A DNA stretch of 64,000 nt. Origin: an uncultured Bacilli bacterium. Its GTDB lineage: Bacteria > Bacillota_I > Bacilli_A > Izemoplasmatales > UBA1188. Positions 51,441-60,630 of the stretch are shown one piece after another. Each line of letters begins with the position of its first letter. The stretch's first letter is position 1. Where the stretch lies: contig CAJOMC010000001.1 in NCBI GenBank assembly GCA_905235635.1, forward strand, positions 22,948-86,947. The letters are read 5' to 3'. The notes under the pieces are model-generated. The model had not been told where the DNA came from. It made no database searches and was given only the letters and a program-made list of their open reading frames with translations. Position numbers and translations under genes: made by a program.

Positions 51441-51995
51441 ATGTTTAGTTATTTAAAAGGTAAAGTCACAAATATATATAAGGATTCTATTGATTTAGAG
51501 GTATCCGGAGTAGGTTATAAAATCAACACTCCAAACCCATATGCGTTTAATTTAGATGATGAAGTACTCATCTACACATATCTTTATGTAAAGGATGAAG
51601 TTTTTACCTTATATGGATTTAGTGATAAAGAAGAAAAAGAACTATTTTTGAAACTAATTAGTGTATCAGGAATTGGACCAAAAAGTGCTACTGCAATCCT
51701 CGCAACTGGAAGCGTTAATGTGATAACACAAGCTATCAATAGAGGGGATGCAAAATATCTATGTAAATTCCCCGGCATAGGTACTAAATCAGCCCAACAA
51801 ATCATTCTTGATTTAAAGGGCAAAGTAATATCAAAAGGATATACAGGAAACTATCTATCACTTGAAGATACACACGATGCATTACTCTCTTTAGGATATA
51901 ATGAAAAAGACATCCAAAAAATCCTTCCTAAGCTCGATTCTAAGAAGAGTGTGAATGAATTAATTAGAGATGCATTAAAACTTCTCACGTCTTAA
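51441..51995 (+). CDS. ruvA: Holliday junction branch migration protein RuvA
   Basis: GVGY, LYGF, VSGIGPKSA, PGIG.KSAQQI..DLKGK, ALLSLGY. Confidence 0.96.
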   Translation: MFSYLKGKVTNIYKDSIDLEVSGVGYKINTPNPYAFNLDDEVLIYTYLYVKDEVFTLYGFSDKEEKELFLKLISVSGIGPKSATAILATGSVNVITQAINRGDAKYLCKFPGIGTKSAQQIILDLKGKVISKGYTGNYLSLEDTHDALLSLGYNEKDIQKILPKLDSKKSVNELIRDALKLLTS

Positions 51996-52008
51996 ATTTA
52001 TGCGTTTA

Positions 52009-52036
52009 AAGGGCAGGTATTATTCCTGCCTTTTAT
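52009..52036 (+). terminator. Intrinsic terminator after ruvA
   Basis: ggcagg-tattatt-cctgcc followed by ttttatt. Confidence 0.85.
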
Positions 52037-53331
52037 TATGGATTAAATTCATCTAACATTTACTAAAGCATAGCCTAGATAAACACTAAAGAAAGAACTT
52101 GAATTAGAGTTATAGTGTTGTCTTAGGAAAGAAGGGCTATGATCTTATGACAACATTAAAAACCACACGAATGATACATTGATAATCTGAAATAAAAAAA
52201 CACATTGTATCTAATCAGTGAGGTTAATAAAATGATTATTGATTGTTACCGTAATTATCTATCAATTTGATGACGCAGAAAACAGTTTAAGACAATCACA
52301 TAAAACAGGAACTTTGTTTTTGAATTATGTACACTAAAAAGAGAGGCCAAAAACGCAATTAATACCAAAATAGAAGATTTTTAGTTGATTTTCAAAACCA
52401 TGTTTTTGTGTATAAAAAGTATCATCAAAGGCCTACTATAATTAGGTTTTGAAAAGGTAGATACAAATAGGAGTATATTAATATTAATAATATATAATAT
52501 AAAGAAGCGAATTATAAAATTAGTTTGAAATGTTAAAAATATGTGTAGTAAAAGAAGTAGAAAAGTGTCAAATTCAATGATTTAATACTCTTCTAGAACG
52601 ACACTATTTTTAAATGGATAGATAATTATCAATCTTTTGTTATCTGAGAAGCCATATTTTTATGAGCTAATTTTCTATAATCACTAAGATAAAGCAGAAC
52701 AATACACTTAATCAACCAATCTTTGATAAGTCTTATCTATGAAAATATTTTCAGAAAATTTTTCATAATAGATGTTAATAAGCGTATTGATGCGAGAAAA
52801 AGATCAATAATTAATTAAAATGTATCCTTTTAGAGCAGTAAATATTAATTGACAGATATCAATATAAAACTAAAATGACTAAAATACATCAAATTTACAT
52901 AAAATAACACTCTTAGGCAACCAAGATCAATATATACAACTACAGGCAATCATTTAGTCTTTACATAAAGATTAGCTTTGACATATACGAAACAGGAGAT
53001 TCAATAGAGTAATCATAAGCTAATCATTTTGACATGGTATAAAAAGGCAACACTAATATAGATATAAATATGTATATAACGCGTAGAACGACAAAAACAC
53101 GCATAAGTCGTCACAAAAAGCAAAAATTGTCGCCTGAGAAGAGGTATATATAAATAGGCTAAATATACTGGCAATCGTATAGATCTGAAAATGTAGTTTT
53201 TTGGTGGTTTTCGGGTATGCTGAAAAAAATATGGCTAAATTTAGAGAAAAACAAGAGGATTTTACTAAATTGAGTTTTACCCCCTTTTCCACATATATTT
53301 AAATTATGGCTAAATTCTCACATATATTTAT

Positions 53332-53359
53332 AGTTAACATAATATACATTATAGGAAGT
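53332..53359 (-). other. Chromosomal dif site (XerCD/CodV-RipX recombination site)
   Basis: Minus strand reads ACTTCCTATAA-TGTATA-TTATGTTAACT. As recalled, B. subtilis dif is ACTTCCTAGAA-TATATA-TTATGTAAACT (3 differences) and the E. coli dif centre is TGTATA. Intergenic, single copy in the window. Confidence 0.9.
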
Positions 53360-53726
53360 TAATCGAAAAATCGAAAATAGTGTGAATATGAAATATATTA
53401 TAACTAAAATGAAAATATGAGTATAAAAACAGCCTCTTCTCTAGGTATTTTTATAGCCTAAACACCCTCAAATTATACTATTTGAGTATGTTTATCAAGA
53501 TTGAGATACCAGTTATTAGCAGTTCTCCTCTTTTTGCTCAAAATATGCTCTATTTTGCATTTTTTTGATGAAATACCTATAAATATGCGTCTTAGAACGA
53601 ACTAAAACATATAGATAAAATCACTTCTTCTTCTTTTTTGCTGAGTGTGTGTTATATATTTCACTTAAAATGAACTATAATGGTATATAATAAATTGATG
53701 ATTAATATATTTGACGGAGGATCTAT

Positions 53727-54989
53727 ATGGACTACAAACCACTTGCTGAACGATTAAGACCTTCTAATTTTGACGAAATCATAGGTCAAGATTTCTTAGT
53801 AGGAAAAGATGGTATTATTACAAAAATGCTAGAAAATGATAATCTGGTATCTTTAATTCTTTATGGTAATCCAGGTGTTGGTAAAACAACTATTGCAAGA
53901 ATTATTGCAGATAAATATCCGTTCCAATCCTTCTTCTTCAGTGCATCAAGCGATACAAAAGCTACATTAAAACAGATAATAGATAATTCAAAAGGATATG
54001 GATCTATCATATTAGTTATTGATGAAATTCATAGAATGAATAAAGATATTCAGGATTACCTACTATCATTTATGGAGTCTGGAAAAGCTATTGTAATTGG
54101 CCTTACAACTGTCAATCCTTATATTTCAGTAAATCCTGCGATTAGGTCAAGATGTAACATATTTAGACTTAATGATATTAATGTTGAAGATATAACTAAA
54201 TACTTAGAAAATATAGTACCTAAGTTAGGTCACAAGATTACCTTTGATCATGAAGTTTTAGAGTATATCGCAAACGAATGTGGAAAGGAATTAAGGGTTG
54301 CAATTAATGATTTAGAACTAATAGATTCTATATCGAAAGATGGTGATGTAATACACTTAGATGATGCAGTTAAAGCCTTAAGAACACCTAATTTACACCT
54401 AGATAAAAATGGTGATAATTATTATAATTTACTCTCTGCACTACAAAAATCTATAAGAGGTTCAGACGTTCATGCAGCCATATATTATTGTGCTAGATTG
54501 ATAGAACTAGGAGACCTTGAGATTATATGTAGACGCCTTATTTCATGTGCTTATGAAGATATCGGATTAGCTAATCCAAGCATGGGAATGAAGGTACAAA
54601 TAGCCTCTGAAGCATGTAGGCAACTAGGGCTTCCAGAAGCAAGATTACCACTCGCAAACATTGTTATTGAGATGGCTTTAAGCCCTAAATCCAACAGTGC
54701 ATATCTAGCTATTGATAAGGCATTATCAGTAATTAGAGAGAGGGGAAATGATGATGTTCCAGACCACCTAATTAACATAGAAACATACACAAAAAGAGAC
54801 TCTTATATTTACCCACATGACTTTGAAAATAGTCTTACATATCAACAATATTTACCTGATAATTTAGTAGATATGAAGTTCTATGAACCTAGAATTAATT
54901 CAAAATATGAAGCTCAAATGGCCAAATATTATGAGTATTTAGATGACTATTTTAAGAAGGCAAAAGCTAGTAAAAATATTAAAAAATGA
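53727..54989 (+). CDS. rarA: Replication-associated recombination AAA+ ATPase RarA/MgsA
   Basis: PLAERLRP, GNPGVGKT, IDEIHR, TT.NP, DKNGD..Y..LSALQKSIRGSD, YEDIGLA. Confidence 0.96.
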   Translation: MDYKPLAERLRPSNFDEIIGQDFLVGKDGIITKMLENDNLVSLILYGNPGVGKTTIARIIADKYPFQSFFFSASSDTKATLKQIIDNSKGYGSIILVIDEIHRMNKDIQDYLLSFMESGKAIVIGLTTVNPYISVNPAIRSRCNIFRLNDINVEDITKYLENIVPKLGHKITFDHEVLEYIANECGKELRVAINDLELIDSISKDGDVIHLDDAVKALRTPNLHLDKNGDNYYNLLSALQKSIRGSDVHAAIYYCARLIELGDLEIICRRLISCAYEDIGLANPSMGMKVQIASEACRQLGLPEARLPLANIVIEMALSPKSNSAYLAIDKALSVIRERGNDDVPDHLINIETYTKRDSYIYPHDFENSLTYQQYLPDNLVDMKFYEPRINSKYEAQMAKYYEYLDDYFKKAKASKNIKK

Positions 54990-54999
54990 TTCAAAAAAT

Positions 55000-55023
55000 G
55001 ATAGATTAATTCTATCTTTTTTT
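55000..55023 (+). terminator. Weak terminator after rarA
   Basis: gataga-ttaat-tctatc followed by T7. Confidence 0.5.
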
Positions 55024-55147
55024 GGTTAAATATAGTGATATTTATATATTGCTTGCTTGATATAATTATGATGGCTTTATGTTGTATTCAATCTGAAATA
55101 TTTATGATTATTTATACACACAAATCCTAGCGTATCATATAATATAT

Positions 55148-55180
55148 GAAAAATAGACCCCCCATTTAAGAGGTCTATAT
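55148..55180 (-). terminator. Intrinsic terminator after rnj
   Basis: Minus strand atagacctc-ttaaat-gggggtctat followed by a U-run. Confidence 0.75.
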
Positions 55181-55201
55181 TACATCTTTTTTTGCAAATA
55201 T

Positions 55202-56977
55202 TTAGTTAATTGGTGTCTCAATTGTAACTAATCTTGATAGTTCTTCATCAGATATTTCGTCTGTTAATGAACCCTCTTCTTGTGATGCAGATATATCAAT
55301 TATTACCGGAATTAAGACTGGTTTTTTCTTTGTAACTCTTAAAATTGTTTTAGAAATTGATATCTTAAGATCCTGTCTCAATTCTCTATAATCAATCTTT
55401 TTTTGCTTTAAATATGAGTTGACAACTTCATTAAAAGTCTTTCTAATTTCCTCATAAACTGTTTCTTTTGATATGTCTGAAATGAATCCTGATGATTTGA
55501 TTTCACACTCATCACAAATCTTTCTTTCCTTTAGATTTATCATTCCTGTGACTATCGCAAACCCTTCTTGAGCAAGTGATTCACGTTCTCTTGCGACATA
55601 ATTATTGATATCTGATTCGAGTTCTATACCGAACAATATTTCTTTTGTTTCAATCTTTTCTGGTGCAAAACTATATCCTTCATCATTAAGCAATAGTACT
55701 TCTCCGTTTTCTATATCAATTATGTTTGTTTCATGAAAACCATAGTCAATCGCGAGAGATTTTTGGGCTTGTATCATACGATAATCACCAGATATTGGAA
55801 TTAAATATTCTGGTTGGAATATACTATAAACAAGTTTTAAATCTTCTGATCCAGCACATGCAAGTGGCATTAATTTTGAATCAAAATCAATAATATTAGC
55901 TTCTACATACCAAACGAAATTCCAAGTTTTTGCGAGCTCTTTTTCATATTTTTTAGGAACTTCTAATAGTAAAACTATATTATCATCAGGCCTTAATGCG
56001 TAGTGTTTGTCATTGTATGAAGCTATATCTTGCATCGATTTATAAGGATCAATTTGGTCACCAGCGATAATAATTACACTCTCATCAGAGTTTCTTTTTT
56101 CATCATTTAGTGTTTCTTTTTTAAGATATAATTCATTATTAATTCTTGTATATCCTAACTCCATAGCTAGTTCTACAAGACGCCTTGCCTTATATCCAAT
56201 GATTGTTACGTGACGTCCTTGGTAGTAAATAGCATCGATTACTTGGAGGATTCCGGAGACATTTTCAGCATCCATTAGCGCAAAAATTCTGCCCTTTTGG
56301 CTCATTATTTTTCTTAGAGCTAAATCGAGTTTACCATCAGTTGTCACATGCCCTATTTTTGTTGCGCCAAGTGATGGGCAAAATAGCGCAAGTGTACCCA
56401 TAGAAGCTATTTGAGCTATATGTTTAAAATTGGTTTTAAAGTGTCCCCATATGTTTTGATCAAAACAAAAATCAGGCAAAAATATTACTGCTTTGTTTTC
56501 TACTACATTTGGGTCTTTAGATACATCTACCATAAGCGCAATACCTATTGTATCAGGCATATTAGATGTTAAGGCGAAGATATTTAATTCAATACCATCA
56601 AAGTTTAATACATCACCAGCTTTTATCTCTCTAAAATCTACCTCTAAAGACTCATTAGTTTTTACAAGATATCTTCTTTTAATAGCGTCTATAGTAAATC
56701 TTCCACCAAAAAATGGAACCTTTAAATCTTTAATTATACGCAAAAATGCCCCAGTAGTTCTTTCCCCAAACCTAGTTAGAAAAACTCCCTGTACTCTATC
56801 AATGTTATTTTTAAGGTAAGAATAATCGGCAATTATTGAATCATATCCATCTACGTCATTGACTGGTTCTGCACTACCACATTCAAATACAAATATCTTT
56901 TCCTTATATTCGATAACGTACATATTTTTTCCGACTTCGCCAAGTCCACCTAGCGCAAAGAACTTTAAATTTTCCAT
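55202..56977 (-). CDS. rnj: RNase J family protein, probably catalytically inactive paralog
   Basis: ALGGLGEVGKNMY, beta-CASP region, PISGDYRM, C-terminal KKKPVLIPVI; the HxHxDH motif reads TRFGERT. Confidence 0.88.
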   Translation of the reverse strand: MENLKFFALGGLGEVGKNMYVIEYKEKIFVFECGSAEPVNDVDGYDSIIADYSYLKNNIDRVQGVFLTRFGERTTGAFLRIIKDLKVPFFGGRFTIDAIKRRYLVKTNESLEVDFREIKAGDVLNFDGIELNIFALTSNMPDTIGIALMVDVSKDPNVVENKAVIFLPDFCFDQNIWGHFKTNFKHIAQIASMGTLALFCPSLGATKIGHVTTDGKLDLALRKIMSQKGRIFALMDAENVSGILQVIDAIYYQGRHVTIIGYKARRLVELAMELGYTRINNELYLKKETLNDEKRNSDESVIIIAGDQIDPYKSMQDIASYNDKHYALRPDDNIVLLLEVPKKYEKELAKTWNFVWYVEANIIDFDSKLMPLACAGSEDLKLVYSIFQPEYLIPISGDYRMIQAQKSLAIDYGFHETNIIDIENGEVLLLNDEGYSFAPEKIETKEILFGIELESDINNYVARERESLAQEGFAIVTGMINLKERKICDECEIKSSGFISDISKETVYEEIRKTFNEVVNSYLKQKKIDYRELRQDLKISISKTILRVTKKKPVLIPVIIDISASQEEGSLTDEISDEELSRLVTIETPIN

Positions 56978-57080
56978 AATTAACCCCTTAAAAACATTAA
57001 ATGATTTAATTCTACATATATACTATCATATTTTAATATTTTATGTTTACATAAAAAGAAAATATTTATAAAATTAAAAT

Positions 57081-57674
57081 ATGACATATAACTATCCTAT
57101 TAAAAGAAAATCATACACTGATAGAAAAATATCTACTTCTAATAGAGGCATGCAGTTTGAAGAAATGATTAATTCTTCAAATGAAATATACCTTAATAGA
57201 GACATTGCGGTTATTCATAAAAAACCAACCCCAATCCAAATAGTTGAAGTAGATTACCCTAGACGCAGTATGGCTAAAATTACAGAAGCATATTATAAAA
57301 CTCCATCTACCACTGACTATAATGGTATATATAAAGGATATTATATTGATTTTGATGCGAAACAGTGTAATTCAACTACCTCTTTTAGTCTTGATAATAT
57401 TCACAAACATCAACTAACACACCTACAAAGTGTTACTCGTCATGGAGGAATTGGCTTTATTTTGATTTATTTTGTTAAATTGGGTGAAATATATTTACTT
57501 GAAGAAAAAGACCTTACAGCCTTTTGTTTAAGGTCAGAAAAAGGGGGAAGAAAATCTATTTCAATAGATGAATTAAAATCTTCATCATATTGTTTTAAAG
57601 AATCCTACCCCGTTAGTGTTCCTTATTTAAAAGAGGTTGATAAGATAATTGAAAGATTAGAATCTACTCAATAA
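57081..57674 (+). CDS. recU: Holliday junction resolvase RecU
   Basis: NRGM.FE, HKKPTPIQIV, STTDYNG.YKG.YIDFDAK, HQ..HL. Confidence 0.96.
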   Translation: MTYNYPIKRKSYTDRKISTSNRGMQFEEMINSSNEIYLNRDIAVIHKKPTPIQIVEVDYPRRSMAKITEAYYKTPSTTDYNGIYKGYYIDFDAKQCNSTTSFSLDNIHKHQLTHLQSVTRHGGIGFILIYFVKLGEIYLLEEKDLTAFCLRSEKGGRKSISIDELKSSSYCFKESYPVSVPYLKEVDKIIERLESTQ

Positions 57675-58956
57675 TTTCTGAAATTACTGGGATAGGTTCT
57701 ATTTTTTCTTTACTGAAAGAATAGGCTGAATAAATGTCATCTATAATCCTATCATCCCATTTTTTATTTCTATATATCTTTAATAATTCATCTCCGACTT
57801 TAACTTTATCACCAGGTATATGAGTAAGTTCTATTCCTACATTAAAGTCTACAGGATCTTCTTTTCTTTCTCTTCCTGCGCCAAGTCTCATAGAAACAAG
57901 ACCAAGAGTTAGGGCATCTATATGCTCAATATATTCCTCTTCTTTTGACTTAATAGATAAAACCTCATCTACTTCTATGAAGTTATCGAAATCAACATCT
58001 AGAGCTCCTTGCGCTTTAATCAGTTCAAGGAATTTTTTATATGCGGAACCGTCGTATAATTTCTCTTTAGCAAAACTATATCCTTCTTCTTGAGTTTTGG
58101 TTATACCTGAGAAATAACACATATATCCACAAACTCTAAGACACAGTTCTTCAAGGTCTTTCGGACCTTTTCCCTTAAGACAATCTACCGCTTCTTTTAC
58201 TTCTAGTCTATTACCAATAGTCTTACCTAGAGGGTTATTCATTTCAGAAATAAAACATACCACTTTTTTATTTGCGAGTTTTGCGAGACTAATCATTGCG
58301 TGAGATAGATTTTCCGCATCTTTTATAGTCTTCATAAAAGCACCGCTGCCGTATTTTACATCTATACATATAACATCAGTACCTGATGCAAGTTTCTTAG
58401 ACATAATAGATGATGCGATTAGTGGTAGTGATTCCACAGTAGATGTGACATCTCTTAATGCATATAATAATTTATCTGCGGGTACCAAATTAGCAGTTTG
58501 ACCAGCAATTGCAACACCAATATCCTTTACTTGTTTTATAAATCTATCAAGCGTAAGAGAAATTGTAACACCAGGAATACTTTCAAGCTTATCTAAAGTA
58601 CCGCCTGTATGACCTAATCCCCTTCCAGATAATTTAGCCACTTTGCAGCCACACGCAGCCGCAAGAGGACCTAATACAAGCGATGTTTTGTCTCCTACAC
58701 CACCAGTTGAATGCTTATCTACTTTAATACCATCTATCATAGATAAATCGATAGTATCGCCACTATTAAGCATTGCATCTGTTAAAAAGAATGTTTCTTC
58801 TTTGGTTAAACCATTAAAATAAACAGCCATTAACCATGCGGCAACTTGATAATCTGGAACATCGCCTTTTACATATGATGAAATTAGATATTGTATTTCT
58901 TCTTTTGAAAGAGGTTCTTTATGTTGGGTTTTAGTTATTAAATCAACAGCTCTCAT
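57664..58956 (-). CDS. pdp: Pyrimidine-nucleoside phosphorylase
   Basis: DKHSTGGVGDK, KLSGRGLGHTGGTLDKLESIPG, YALRDVT, SIMSKK; SD AAGGAG before ATG 58956. Confidence 0.96.
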   Translation of the reverse strand: MRAVDLITKTQHKEPLSKEEIQYLISSYVKGDVPDYQVAAWLMAVYFNGLTKEETFFLTDAMLNSGDTIDLSMIDGIKVDKHSTGGVGDKTSLVLGPLAAACGCKVAKLSGRGLGHTGGTLDKLESIPGVTISLTLDRFIKQVKDIGVAIAGQTANLVPADKLLYALRDVTSTVESLPLIASSIMSKKLASGTDVICIDVKYGSGAFMKTIKDAENLSHAMISLAKLANKKVVCFISEMNNPLGKTIGNRLEVKEAVDCLKGKGPKDLEELCLRVCGYMCYFSGITKTQEEGYSFAKEKLYDGSAYKKFLELIKAQGALDVDFDNFIEVDEVLSIKSKEEEYIEHIDALTLGLVSMRLGAGRERKEDPVDFNVGIELTHIPGDKVKVGDELLKIYRNKKWDDRIIDDIYSAYSFSKEKIEPIPVISEIIE

Positions 58957-59956
58957 TAATTTCTCCTTTTTTAGTATCATTTAAGAATTTAATCTTTTTA
59001 ATTAACATAGGATATAAGAATACGGCTACAAATGCCATGATGAAGTATCTTAACATATCAAGTAAATTACATAAATATGTTCCTTCTTGAACTAGATTTT
59101 TGTATGGAAGTTTAAATACTATTTTAATTAATAAAGCAATTCCAACACCTAGTGCAATACGTATTATACCTTTCCATATTGATTTAGTGTTTTCAAGATT
59201 TACATATTTATTCTCGAGCATCATTCCTAATACTATTGCAGCATATATTCCCCATGCAGTAAATAAATCTCTTGATTGATCAGTCCAAAGGGGAGATAAG
59301 AGTGTAATTAACCCAGAAACAGCTATTAAACAAATGCTTAATAATTTAGTATTCTTTATCTTAGATTCCGCAAAATAATATAATTGGACTACTAAAAAAC
59401 CTAGTAAGTATCCGGCCACTACATCCGTTAAAAAGTGAGCGCCTAATACCATTCTTGAAAGCATTACTAAACTGCATAAAACTGATGCGATAATCCATAC
59501 TATCTTCTCTTTCTTTGCGATTGCATATGAATTATATAAGGCACTTGCGCCTGATGAATGTCCTGATGGGAACGAGGTTGACGATGATGCATAATAGTCG
59601 CCCCAATGACCATGTACCAGGATAGGATCTCCATTAGCACCTTCTAATAGAATGTTTGGATCTTTTATTTTGATAGTATCAGGAGATTGTTGATAAGGAC
59701 GCATTCTATTGAAGAATGATTTTGTAACATTATTACATAACATCGCAAAGAATACAGCTGGTCCCATTTTTCGTGCAATTTCTTTATCGAAAGCCCAATA
59801 TAATATTCCAAAAAATATAATTACAGCATATTCTGTGCCAAGGTAACTTATAAGTCTAAATAACGTTGCAACAAATTCACTATTTTGAGCCCATCCGTTA
59901 AAGAACTCAATAATAGAAATATCCCATTGCCAATGCATTGATGTTAATAAATTCAT
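58943..59956 (-). CDS. PAP2-family membrane phosphatase
   Basis: K...RMRP, FPSGHS, SRMVLGAHFLTDV; multiple TM helices. Confidence 0.9.
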   Translation of the reverse strand: MNLLTSMHWQWDISIIEFFNGWAQNSEFVATLFRLISYLGTEYAVIIFFGILYWAFDKEIARKMGPAVFFAMLCNNVTKSFFNRMRPYQQSPDTIKIKDPNILLEGANGDPILVHGHWGDYYASSSTSFPSGHSSGASALYNSYAIAKKEKIVWIIASVLCSLVMLSRMVLGAHFLTDVVAGYLLGFLVVQLYYFAESKIKNTKLLSICLIAVSGLITLLSPLWTDQSRDLFTAWGIYAAIVLGMMLENKYVNLENTKSIWKGIIRIALGVGIALLIKIVFKLPYKNLVQEGTYLCNLLDMLRYFIMAFVAVFLYPMLIKKIKFLNDTKKGEINESC

Positions 59957-60010
59957 TTTAACCTCATATATTTTATATTAATGTATTTTATCTAATTATA
60001 ACATATTAAA

Positions 60011-60038
60011 GGCTTACAGGAGCACTAACCTGTAAGCC
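60011..60038 (-). terminator. GC-rich hairpin, probable terminator ~165 nt downstream of ssb
   Basis: ggcttacagg-N8-cctgtaagcc (10 bp), followed by TTTAAT on the minus strand. Confidence 0.65.
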
Positions 60039-60203
60039 AACATAATCAGCTTATTTTCCTTTATAACAGGGTCAGATAGGATTGTTAGGTATTGTTGTTC
60101 AAATATAGTAGAAAAACAAGAATGAGGATTTTAATAAAAATATTCTTTTCGAGTGATAGATTTAAAAATAAAATAACTAAATGAATAATATATTTGTGCT
60201 TTT

Positions 60204-60569
60204 TTATTCGGAAGGACGTTCTGCCTCTTTATCATCCTTCTGTTGTGACCCTAGGAATATAACTTTTTCCCCTATAATATTTAAAGAATAAATCTTTTTG
60301 CCCATCTCTTTATCAATATAAGTATTTTGCTCAAGGCGTCCTCTTACAATTATTGGACTACCTTTTTTACAGTACTGAGCAACTGACTCTGCAATCCCTT
60401 CCCACATAGTAACTGGTATAAAATCTGTTTCGTAATCTTGTGATCCTTTAGATTTAAAAGGACGTTGCACTGCAAGTACTACTCTGGTCCTTTTATTATT
60501 TGAGCCTTCCTCTACAATTAGTTCAGGATTGTGTGCTAGTCTACCTGCGATAATTACTTGATTAAACAT
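60204..60569 (-). CDS. ssb: Single-stranded DNA-binding protein, short SsbB-like form
   Basis: NQVIIAGRL, LAV.R, ETDFIPV..W, KG..I.V.GRL; 121 aa with no DDxxPF tail. Confidence 0.92.
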   Translation of the reverse strand: MFNQVIIAGRLAHNPELIVEEGSNNKRTRVVLAVQRPFKSKGSQDYETDFIPVTMWEGIAESVAQYCKKGSPIIVRGRLEQNTYIDKEMGKKIYSLNIIGEKVIFLGSQQKDDKEAERPSE

Positions 60570-60601
60570 TAAATATTCCTCCCATAACGTTTTGTACGAC
60601 T

Positions 60602-60630
60602 ATTGTATATATTTTTAAAGCTATTTTCAA
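60602..60630 (-). promoter_or_regulatory. ssb promoter
   Basis: Minus strand TTGAAA-17-TACAAT. Confidence 0.7.

Noticed and set aside
53053-53292. 79-aa minus-strand ORF in the gene desert
   Set aside because: No SD, no recognisable motif, composition typical of random AT-rich sequence; not called as a gene.
5024-53590. Recurrent ACGCATA/TATGCGT motif in intergenic regions, including the palindrome cgcatatgcg at 7946-7955
   Set aside because: The same heptamer occurs repeatedly within coding sequence (Tyr-Ala and Thr-His codon pairs), so intergenic enrichment cannot be claimed without counts.
52037-53726. tRNA, tmRNA, RNase P or SRP RNA in the large intergenic gap
   Set aside because: No T-loop GTTCRA cloverleaf, GAGGAAAGTCC or SRP GGAA/AGCAG core found on either strand by eye.
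60008-60210. Stop-free minus-strand frame (...FEQQYLTILSDPVIKENKLIMLAYRLVLL*) downstream of ssb
   Set aside because: No usable start codon or SD for a full-length product, and it ends inside the terminator hairpin; probably incidental.
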